In this document: piece after piece, positions 50,701 through 58,124 of the stretch
Position numbering within the stretch: the stretch's first letter is position 1
How the letters are laid out: every line of letters starts with the position of its first letter
NCBI GenBank assembly: GCA_031556235.1
Contig: JAVBTH010000001.1
Coordinates: 519,009 to 583,008, forward strand
Direction: 5' to 3'
Origin: Bacilli bacterium
GTDB lineage: Bacteria; Bacillota_I; Bacilli_A; RFN20; CAG-826
Length of the DNA stretch: 64,000 nt
Notes under the pieces: generated by a model
The model's database searches: none
Told to the model about the DNA's origin: nothing
Seen by the model: only the letters and a program-made list of their open reading frames with translations
Translations under genes and position numbers: made by a program

Positions 50701-50963
50701 CAAATGCCATCGTTAATACTGTAGTCAATTCCATAAGTACATTTGGCTTTGCAGCTTTAGGCTCAAAAATTGGTGGAGTAATAGGATCGTTTATTCCAAT
50801 TCCAGGTGTCGGTACCGCGATTGGAATGGTGATAGGGGCAGTGATTGGGTATGGTGTGGGTTTAGTATTTAACGCTGTGATGAATTTGAAAATAGGCGGC
50901 AAAAGTATTATGGATCATATTAGAGATGGATTTTATAACTTTTGGAAAAGTATATTTAGATAA
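44706..50963 (+). CDS. Giant Rhs/YD-repeat polymorphic toxin (2085 aa): unknown N-terminal region, acidic stretch, CBM4/9-like beta-sandwich, YD repeats, Rhs repeat-associated core, variable C-terminal glycine-zipper toxin domain
   Basis: Many YD repeats (e.g. [61 protein letters not shown]). The Rhs core reads [33 protein letters not shown]...[18 protein letters not shown]. The CBM-like domain is at about 47844-48332 (FENGINDW...[10 protein letters not shown]...FSVSVWAK...WQLLSV...VYFDDLHV). The N-terminus has no signal peptide. Confidence 0.85.
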   Translation: [2085 protein letters not shown]

Positions 50964-50972
50964 TAGTGAGGA

Positions 50973-51407
50973 ATGAAAATGAAAAAAATAAGCTTAGTGT
51001 CAATTGGTATAAAAATAATTATTGCGGTTTTAATTTTAATTTTTCTCGCCGCATTTGTTTTTCTAGCCATTTATGAAGGTCTAACGTCTTCAAACGTATT
51101 ATTCTATATTTTACTGCTACTCGCGATTAGTATAATGATTCTTTCTATAATTTTAAGTTTTAAAAGCAGGATACTAATTAATTATAATGAAAAGTACTTT
51201 GTAGTAAATAAAAAAAAGATAAATTTTTGTAATATAAAAGATGTGATTGTTTCGGAAACCTTAGTTAATAAAAGAATTAAACGTGCTATTATAATTCAAA
51301 AGAATGGAATAGAGGTAGAATTTATGTACATCTGTATTGGAAATAGAAGACAGACGAAAAAAATAATTAGTATTTCTAACGAATTAAAACTCTTAAACAT
51401 TACATAG
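50973..51407 (+). CDS. Putative cognate immunity protein of the Rhs C-terminal toxin (two-TM membrane protein plus small cytoplasmic domain)
   Basis: Sits immediately (9 nt) downstream of the rhs stop with its own GAGG RBS. Two TM helices. Position is typical of rhsI. Confidence 0.5.
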   Translation: MKMKKISLVSIGIKIIIAVLILIFLAAFVFLAIYEGLTSSNVLFYILLLLAISIMILSIILSFKSRILINYNEKYFVVNKKKINFCNIKDVIVSETLVNKRIKRAIIIQKNGIEVEFMYICIGNRRQTKKIISISNELKLLNIT

Positions 51408-51449
51408 AAATGCGATTTAAACATTTAGCGAGTTTTGGTGCAGAGAGAA

Positions 51450-51480
51450 AGGTAAATCATAAAAATGATTTACCTTTTTA
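51450..51480 (+). terminator. Strong rho-independent terminator closing the rhs operon
   Basis: 11-bp perfect stem AGGTAAATCAT-aaaa-ATGATTTACCT followed by TTTTTA. Confidence 0.85.
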
Positions 51481-51596
51481 TAAGAAAATGATTTAAAGTG
51501 ATTGGAGAAATATAATTATTTTGAATCATAAAAAACAAAAAACTTTATTGTTTTTATTAAAAGTGATAAAATAATGTGCCGAAAGTAGGGATAACC

Positions 51597-52676
51597 ATGG
51601 AAGAGACAATGCTTAATAGACTTGAAGCTACTATTGTTAGGCTTAAAGAGATTGACGAAGTACTAATGGATGAGAAAATCACCCAAGATATTAATAAGTT
51701 TCGCGAATTATCTAAAGAGCGAGCAAACATCGAACCTGTCGTAGAAAAGTTTTTAGAATACAAAAAAACTATTTCCGATAAAGAAGAAGCCTTAATAATG
51801 GCTAACGAACATGATGAAGAAATGTCTGCTTTAGGAAAAGAAGAGTTAAAGAACTTAATAGAAAAAGAAGAAAGTTTAATTGAAGAAATTCGTTTATTAC
51901 TTATTCCAAAAGATCCTAATGATGATAAGAACATTGTTGTCGAAATTCGTGGTGCGGCCGGTGGAGATGAAGCAAATATATTCGCTGGTGATTTATTTAG
52001 AATGTATACCAGGTATTCTGAAAGAAATGGTTGGAAACTTCAAATGATTGATGAAAGTTCATCAGGAGCAGGCGGATTTTCAAGTGTGTCTTTTAGCATC
52101 AAGGGCGATAATGTTTATTCAAGACTAAAATTTGAAAGTGGTGCGCATCGCGTACAACGCGTTCCACGCACTGAAGCATCGGGACGTATTCATACATCTA
52201 CCGCGACAGTTTTAATAATGCCAGAAGCCGAAGAAGTAGACGTTGTCATTGAACAAAAGGATTTACAGATTGATACTTACCGCAGCCAAGGAGCAGGTGG
52301 TCAAAACGTAAACAAGACTGAATCTGCAGTTAGAATTACGCATATTCCAACCGGAATCGTTGTGGCGTGTCAAGTTGAAAAATCACAAATTCAAAATAGA
52401 GAAATTGCAATGAAGTTATTAAGGACTCGTGTACTTGCCGCCAAAGAAGCTGAGCAAGAAGAAAAGATTTCATCTGAAAGAAGATTAAAAATTGGTACAG
52501 GTGAAAGATCAGAAAAAATTAGAACTTATAACTATCCACAAAATAGAGTTACAGATCATAGGATTGGATTTACGATTCAAAAACTTGATCGCGTCATGGA
52601 AGGCGATTTGGATGAAATATTAGATGCGCTAATTTATGCTGATCAACAAGATAAAATGGCGGGAGAGAACAAGTGA
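51597..52676 (+). CDS. prfA: Peptide chain release factor 1
   Basis: PxT motif (RVPRTEASGRIHTS...) and GGQ (SQGAGGQNVNK). ATG at 51597 after the AGGGA RBS. Confidence 0.9.
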   Translation: MEETMLNRLEATIVRLKEIDEVLMDEKITQDINKFRELSKERANIEPVVEKFLEYKKTISDKEEALIMANEHDEEMSALGKEELKNLIEKEESLIEEIRLLLIPKDPNDDKNIVVEIRGAAGGDEANIFAGDLFRMYTRYSERNGWKLQMIDESSSGAGGFSSVSFSIKGDNVYSRLKFESGAHRVQRVPRTEASGRIHTSTATVLIMPEAEEVDVVIEQKDLQIDTYRSQGAGGQNVNKTESAVRITHIPTGIVVACQVEKSQIQNREIAMKLLRTRVLAAKEAEQEEKISSERRLKIGTGERSEKIRTYNYPQNRVTDHRIGFTIQKLDRVMEGDLDEILDALIYADQQDKMAGENK

Positions 52677-53512
52677 AAATTCGCGATTTCTATCACGAAA
52701 TACTAAACAAATATAAGAACACTAATTATCTCACAGACGTTGTTTTGAGATCGTTAATTGTTAAAGCGGAAGAATTGGGCACAATGTCACAATTCTTTTT
52801 TGCTTTCGAAAAAGAATTGCAACATATTGATTTGTTAATGGAATACATTGAAAAGGTAATTGAAGGAATTCCTTATCAGTACGTAATTAATGAAGCAGAG
52901 TTCTACCATAATACCTTTATGGTGGATTCACGTGTGCTTATTCCGAGGATGGAGACTGAAGAATTAGTTGATATTATCTTAAACGATTTGTCTTCATCAA
53001 CAAAAACATTAGCAATTGGTGATATTTGTACTGGGTCGGGATGCATTGCTATATCTATTAGGAAAAACAAAACAGATATTAAGGTTTATGCTAGTGACAT
53101 TTCTAGCGAAGCGTTAGAGGTTGCTTCCTTTAATGCTTCAAAACATAATTGTGATATCACATTAATACAAGGTGATTTGTTGAAGCCATTTATTGAAAGA
53201 AAAATAAGACTCGATGTCTTGATTTCTAATCCTCCTTATATATCAAATAGAAACGAAGTTGATGAGGGTGTGCTTAACTATGAACCTCATCTTGCGCTTT
53301 TTGCTAGTGAAGGAATAAATTTTTATATCGAAATATTTAAAGATTGTTTTAAAGTTTTAAATTCTGGTGCCTTAATGTATTTTGAGTTTAATTATGATCA
53401 AAAAGAGTTATTAACTGAAGCAATTGTAAAGTATTTGCCTAATTCAAAATTTGAATTCTATAAAGATTCATTTGGAAAATGGAGAATGCTGAAGATTTAT
53501 TATAAAGAATAA
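52673..53512 (+). CDS. prmC: Release factor glutamine N5-methyltransferase PrmC/HemK
   Basis: NPPY motif (VLISNPPYIS) and SAM-binding DICTGSG. Start overlaps the prfA stop. Confidence 0.9.
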   Translation: MKIRDFYHEILNKYKNTNYLTDVVLRSLIVKAEELGTMSQFFFAFEKELQHIDLLMEYIEKVIEGIPYQYVINEAEFYHNTFMVDSRVLIPRMETEELVDIILNDLSSSTKTLAIGDICTGSGCIAISIRKNKTDIKVYASDISSEALEVASFNASKHNCDITLIQGDLLKPFIERKIRLDVLISNPPYISNRNEVDEGVLNYEPHLALFASEGINFYIEIFKDCFKVLNSGALMYFEFNYDQKELLTEAIVKYLPNSKFEFYKDSFGKWRMLKIYYKE

Positions 53513-53552
53513 GAAATATATATTTGCCTAAACTCAAGTTGAGGTGAATATT

Positions 53553-53951
53553 ATGAAATTACACACATTTGCGATTCCGATGCTTGCTGTTTCAGCAGCG
53601 GCCTTTGTTATGCTCTCTGAAGAGCCTTTTCAATATAAATATGAAATTGTCGCTAATTCAAATTCCGCGCAGGATGTTTTGAATCTATATTCTTACAAAG
53701 AAAAACTTATTACACATTACGAGAAAGATTTTATGCCTCTAGATAAAAAGACTTTAGAGACAAAACTAATTAACGATATCCAGTCGTTCGCTTTTGTAAG
53801 TGATATCAAGGCAAGATATGCTTATGGAACTATTGTATTATTAGTTGGAGACGCAAAGGGATATACATTAAGTGGTAATTTAAAAACAGATAGCTGTGAT
53901 GAAACAGTGATACGCACAAAAGTGTTCATATTTGATTTATTTTTCAACTAA
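53553..53951 (+). CDS. spoIIR: SpoIIR-like secreted protein (short form, about 132 aa)
   Basis: Signal peptide. EIVANSNSAQDV matches the SpoIIR motif RILANSDSDQDQ. The position between prmC and ywlC/tsaC is the Bacillus spoIIR position. Shorter than canonical SpoIIR. Confidence 0.5.
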   Translation: MKLHTFAIPMLAVSAAAFVMLSEEPFQYKYEIVANSNSAQDVLNLYSYKEKLITHYEKDFMPLDKKTLETKLINDIQSFAFVSDIKARYAYGTIVLLVGDAKGYTLSGNLKTDSCDETVIRTKVFIFDLFFN

Positions 53952-53981
53952 TAGTGGTAAAATGTTTTCGAGGAAAGCATT

Positions 53982-54602
53982 ATGGGATTACTAAAGATCG
54001 AAAAAAATGAAATTCAAGTTGCTGCTGATTTAATTAACTCTGGAAAAATTGTAGCCTTTCCTACCGAAACAGTTTATGGTTTGGGGGTTGTTTTTGATAA
54101 TCAAAAAGCATTTAATGATTTAGTGATTGCAAAAAAGCGCCCTGAGAATAAACCGTTTTCTTTAATGTGTGATTCAATTAGTAGCGCCTCTGAAATTGCC
54201 ATAATTAGTAAAGAGGCAAGAATTGTCATGGAAAAGTATTTGCCAGGTCCTTTAACGATGCTACTTCAACCTAAAATTAAGTTGCCGGATTATGTGACTA
54301 TGAAGTTACCAACGGTAGGTATTCGGATTCCAAATCATAAAGTTGCTTTGGAATTAATAAAATTAGTTGGTAAGCCACTTCTTGTGCCAAGTGCTAATAT
54401 TGCGGGAGAAACACCCGCTACAACAAGTGATGAAGTAATTAAAGTTTTTAATAACTCGCCTGTGGCAGGTGTTATTTTAGGAACTTCTGATAGTGAAGTG
54501 CCTTCTACAATAGTTGACTTTACTTGCAATCCGGTTAAACTAATAAGAGAGGGAGCAATTCTATTTAAGGATATCTTAAAAACATTGGAGGAAATAAAAT
54601 GA
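53982..54602 (+). CDS. tsaC: L-threonylcarbamoyladenylate synthase (YrdC/YwlC/TsaC family)
   Basis: YrdC fold (FPTETVYGLG; KKRPENKPFSLM). Confidence 0.85.
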   Translation: MGLLKIEKNEIQVAADLINSGKIVAFPTETVYGLGVVFDNQKAFNDLVIAKKRPENKPFSLMCDSISSASEIAIISKEARIVMEKYLPGPLTMLLQPKIKLPDYVTMKLPTVGIRIPNHKVALELIKLVGKPLLVPSANIAGETPATTSDEVIKVFNNSPVAGVILGTSDSEVPSTIVDFTCNPVKLIREGAILFKDILKTLEEIK

Positions 54603-55036
54603 AAATATCAATAGGTTCTGATCATGGTGGATACGACTATAAAAAAATTATTATTGAATACTTAAAGGAAAAAGGACACGAGGTATTCGACTGTGGTACA
54701 GATTCAACAGATTCGTGTCATTATCCTTTATATTCTTTTAAAACAGCAGAAATGGTAAGAGATGGCAAAGTCGAAAGAGGAATTCTTATTTGTCGTTCGG
54801 GTGAGGGAGTATCTATTGCCGCGAATAAAGTAAAGGGCGTAAGATGCGCGATTGGTTACAATGAAACAGTATCTAGATTATGCCGTGAGCACAACGACGC
54901 TAACATGATTGCCTTTGGAGCTGACTATTTCAGCGTTGAAGAAGTCAAGAAGATGGTAGATGAATTTATTAAGACTCCATTTGGTGGTGACAAACACCAA
55001 ACTAGAGTTCAAATGATTGTCGATTATGAAAAATAG
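54599..55036 (+). CDS. rpiB: Ribose-5-phosphate isomerase B (RpiB/LacAB family)
   Basis: MKISIGSDHGGYDYK...CGTDS...RGILICRSGEGVSIAANK. Confidence 0.9.
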   Translation: MKISIGSDHGGYDYKKIIIEYLKEKGHEVFDCGTDSTDSCHYPLYSFKTAEMVRDGKVERGILICRSGEGVSIAANKVKGVRCAIGYNETVSRLCREHNDANMIAFGADYFSVEEVKKMVDEFIKTPFGGDKHQTRVQMIVDYEK

Positions 55037-55057
55037 CAACTTCGGTTGCTTTTTTTG
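55035..55057 (+). terminator. Rho-independent terminator after rpiB
   Basis: AGCAAC-ttcg-GTTGCT hairpin followed by a T7 run. Confidence 0.8.
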
Positions 55058-55169
55058 TATAAAGTAAAGTTTTCCGCACAAACTACTTGTAAGCATTAGT
55101 TCCACTTCTTAAAAAAACAAAAAAATGTATAAAAAAAGAGAAATAGGAAAAAATGGACATGAGGTGAAA

Positions 55170-55883
55170 GATATGGAAAACAAAAATAATATTCAAAAAG
55201 CAGATAAGAAAGACAACAAACAAGTTAAACTCAAAGAAGAAGCAAAAGTTGGTTTAGTCGTATCACTTTCAGCGGCTTTATTCTTTGGTGGCGTTATTAC
55301 AATCGCTTCCTTACAAAAAGGACCAAGAACTGGAGTTTCAGTAAATCCAAGTACTTCAGAGCCAATCGGTGATGTTTCGACTCCAACTTCAGACGATCCA
55401 GTGATAGTAGTCCCGGATCCAATGAAAGAAGTAGTTGAACGTCCATTTAGTGCTGATTTAAGTATTGCACGTACTTTCTATGACAGCACTGATGATGCTG
55501 AAACAAGAATGACTGCGCTTGTAAATTTACCAGGCGAAGAAGGCACATATAGTAAAAGTTTTGGAGTTGACTTTAAAGCAGCTACACAATTTGAAGTAGA
55601 AGCTTCCTTCAGTGGAGTAGTCATTAGAAAAGCAAACGATTCAATATATGGTAATGTTATTCACATTAAGCATGACTCTGGCGTTGTTGGAGTATACGCA
55701 TCACTTGGCGCAATGCTTGTCAATGAAGGACAAACAGTAAAGCAAGATGATATTATTGCAACATCTGGAGAGAGCATCTACACTTCCGGATTTGGACAAA
55801 GTTTACATTTTGAATTAAAAGATGCTGACAATTTACACGTAAATCCAAATAAAGCTTTTGGAACACTTGTAAAGAATATATAA
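55170..55883 (+). CDS. Membrane-anchored M23/LytM-domain protein (SpoIIQ-like architecture)
   Basis: N-terminal TM helix (VGLVVSLSAALFFGGVITIASL) and a C-terminal LytM-like domain (VIHIKHDSGVVGVYASLG...GQSLHFELK). ATG at 55170 after a GAGGTGA RBS. Confidence 0.6.
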   Translation, partial: DMENKNNIQKADKKDNKQVKLKEEAKVGLVVSLSAALFFGGVITIASLQKGPRTGVSVNPSTSEPIGDVSTPTSDDPVIVVPDPMKEVVERPFSADLSIARTFYDSTDDAETRMTALVNLPGEEGTYSKSFGVDFKAATQFEVEASFSGVVIRKANDSIYGNVIHIKHDSGVVGVYASLGAMLVNEGQTVKQDDIIATSGESIYTSGFGQSLHFELKDADNLHVNPNKAFGTLVKNI

Positions 55884-55887
55884 AATT

Positions 55888-55911
55888 ACGCCTTATTTAG
55901 GCGTTTTTTTC
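55888..55911 (+). terminator. Rho-independent terminator
   Basis: ACGCCT-tattt-AGGCGT hairpin followed by a T7 run. Confidence 0.8.
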
Positions 55912-55943
55912 TTAAAAGCTCAATTCCTTACTATTACATATAT

Positions 55944-57128
55944 GTGAGGAATTTTTTTTGTGAAGTTTGTGGTAATAACGAAGAGAAGTTTATAGGAATT
56001 AAAAACGGAGAACAGTATTGCCGAAGATGTATTTCTTTTTGCGGAAAAAGAGTTGAAGCTCCTAAAAAGAAACAAAGAGAAAACGTAGAAGTTTGCTTGA
56101 ACTATGAGTTAAGCAAGGAGCAGCATAAAGTAGCAAAAAAAGCACTTGCAAATTACATACAAAAGATTAACACCTTAATTTACGCAGTATGTGGAGCGGG
56201 CAAGACTGAACTAGTTTTTGAAGTGATTAGTTATGTTTTAAAAAAAGGAGGATATGTTGGATTTGCAACGCCGCGCAAAGATGTAGCAATCGAATTATAC
56301 CCGCGGATAAAAAGCGCATTTAAAAATTGTGATGTGACATTAGTTTGTGGAGGACATAATGAAAATTTAATAGGTGATATTATAGTACTTACGACGCATC
56401 AATTATATCGGTATGAAAAATACTTTGATTTGGTAATTGTCGATGAAATAGATGCGTTTCCTTATAAATCTAATGAGCTTTTATATGGCTTTTTTAAAAG
56501 ATCCGTCTCTGGAAATTATATTTTACTAACTGCGACACCTTCGAAAACAGATATGGAAACTTTTTCAAAACCCAAGCATGATATTATTGAATTGTTAGTG
56601 AGATTTCATTATTCGCCATTACCGATTCCAAGCGTTTTAATAAATATAGATTTTATAAATTTAATACTAGTAATAATTATTTTACGTAAGTTTCTTAAGA
56701 ATAGATATCCTGTACTAGTATTTACTCCGACGATTGGATTGTGTGAAAAACTGTATCGTTTTCTATCTGTTTTTTGTAAAAATGGCAATTATGTTCATTC
56801 CAAAAGACATAACCGGGAGGAAATTATAGATAAATTTAAACATAATACTTATAAATATTTGGTGACAACATCGGTGCTAGAAAGAGGAATAACAATAAAA
56901 GATTTGCAAGTGATTATTTTTAAGTTTGATCATGATATATATGATTGCTCAACTTTAATCCAAATATCGGGAAGGGTTGGTAGAAAAATTGGTGCTACAG
57001 AAGGTCAAGTCGTTTTTATTGGTAGTGAAAACACACTTGCGGCGCGAAATGCGGTTAGAGAAATCCGTCATGCAAATAAAACATTGCAAAATCTGCTTTC
57101 AAGAGGTAAAAGAGAATATCTTAAATGA
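55944..57128 (+). CDS. comFA: Competence protein ComFA (DEAD-box-like helicase with N-terminal zinc finger)
   Basis: CEVCG...CRRC zinc finger, Walker A CGAGKTE, and VIVDEID. The start codon is uncertain: the ORF-track start is a GTG with no clear RBS. Confidence 0.7.
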   Translation: MRNFFCEVCGNNEEKFIGIKNGEQYCRRCISFCGKRVEAPKKKQRENVEVCLNYELSKEQHKVAKKALANYIQKINTLIYAVCGAGKTELVFEVISYVLKKGGYVGFATPRKDVAIELYPRIKSAFKNCDVTLVCGGHNENLIGDIIVLTTHQLYRYEKYFDLVIVDEIDAFPYKSNELLYGFFKRSVSGNYILLTATPSKTDMETFSKPKHDIIELLVRFHYSPLPIPSVLINIDFINLILVIIILRKFLKNRYPVLVFTPTIGLCEKLYRFLSVFCKNGNYVHSKRHNREEIIDKFKHNTYKYLVTTSVLERGITIKDLQVIIFKFDHDIYDCSTLIQISGRVGRKIGATEGQVVFIGSENTLAARNAVREIRHANKTLQNLLSRGKREYLK

Positions 57129-57687
57129 TTTAATGTTTTGCAGAATAAATGTTTGTGAAAAATGCTATGAGGAGATGGATCCAATATTTACAAAGATTTC
57201 TTTTGGAAAAATAAAAGGAACAGCAATTTATGAGTATAATGATAAAATTAAATCCTTATTGTATTTGTTAAAGGGATGCGGGGATATCGAGATAGCGCCA
57301 CTATTTTTTGAACGGATCCAAATGAGTTTAAGCATAAGGTTTAAAAACTACGTCGTAGTTCCTGCACCATCCATCGAAACAGAGGATGAAATTAGAGGAT
57401 TTAATCACGTCATAGAGATTTTTAAACCACTTGGTTTAAAAATAGTTAATTGCATTAAAAAGAAAGAAAATTTTAAGCAAAGTGCCCTTTCAAAAGAAGA
57501 ACGGGAAAGAGTGAAAGAAAAGTTATCAATCGTGGATTTAAACTTGTTAATGAATAAAAAAGTTTTAATTGTTGATGATGTGTCTACCAGTGGCTCAACA
57601 ATACTTGCGATGATTGATTTAATTAAATTAGCTAAACCAAAGCGGATTAGTGTGCTTATTATGGCAAAAGTTTGTCGAAAAATGTAA
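57070..57687 (+). CDS. comFC: Competence protein ComFC (phosphoribosyltransferase-like)
   Basis: N-terminal Cys pairs (CKIC...CEKC) and the PRTase motif VLIVDDVSTSGST. Overlaps the comFA 3' end in another frame. The start is ambiguous, anywhere from 56977 to 57133. Confidence 0.65.
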   Translation: MQIKHCKICFQEVKENILNDLMFCRINVCEKCYEEMDPIFTKISFGKIKGTAIYEYNDKIKSLLYLLKGCGDIEIAPLFFERIQMSLSIRFKNYVVVPAPSIETEDEIRGFNHVIEIFKPLGLKIVNCIKKKENFKQSALSKEERERVKEKLSIVDLNLLMNKKVLIVDDVSTSGSTILAMIDLIKLAKPKRISVLIMAKVCRKM

Positions 57688-57775
57688 TTATTTAGAGCCT
57701 AAAATAACTTTATTTTATTAGATATAAAATTAATAATTGACTTAGCAGTAAATAGAATGAAAGGTGGTAAAAAAC

Positions 57776-57976
57776 ATGGCAGTTGGAAAAGTTAAATGGT
57801 TCAACGCTGAGAAGGGCTTCGGCTTTATCAATCGTGGAGAAGGTGCAGATATATTTGTGCACTATTCCCAAATTGTTGAAGAAGGATACCGTTCCTTAGA
57901 TGAGGGGCAAGATGTTGAATTTGAACTTCTTGAAACAAATCGTGGACTTCAAGCAAAAAACGTTGTAAAAATCTAG
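57776..57976 (+). CDS. cspA: Cold-shock protein (CspA family)
   Basis: [15 protein letters not shown]1 and VHYS RNP2 motifs. ATG at 57776 after an AAAGGTGG RBS. Confidence 0.95.
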   Translation: MAVGKVKWFNAEKGFGFINRGEGADIFVHYSQIVEEGYRSLDEGQDVEFELLETNRGLQAKNVVKI

Positions 57977-57987
57977 TTAAAAGCGAA

Positions 57988-58010
57988 GCGTGGAATATTT
58001 CCATGCTTTT
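57988..58010 (+). terminator. Rho-independent terminator after the csp gene
   Basis: GCGTGGAA-tat-TTCCATGC hairpin followed by TTTT. Confidence 0.65.
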
Positions 58011-58124
58011 ATTATCTTTGTTGCACTAGTAAATATAAAATATTATTTATTATATATATAATAAGTATTGGAAATAATTGGTTTGGGTGGTAAAATGTTT
58101 AAATGACTAGGAAGGAGTGCACAT

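Noticed and set aside
57688-58124. raiA-motif RNA or hpf gene expected between comFC and secA
   Set aside because: The intergenic spaces are short (88 and 148 nt) and contain only promoter-like AT-rich sequence plus a csp gene. There is neither an hpf ORF nor room for the roughly 200-nt raiA RNA.
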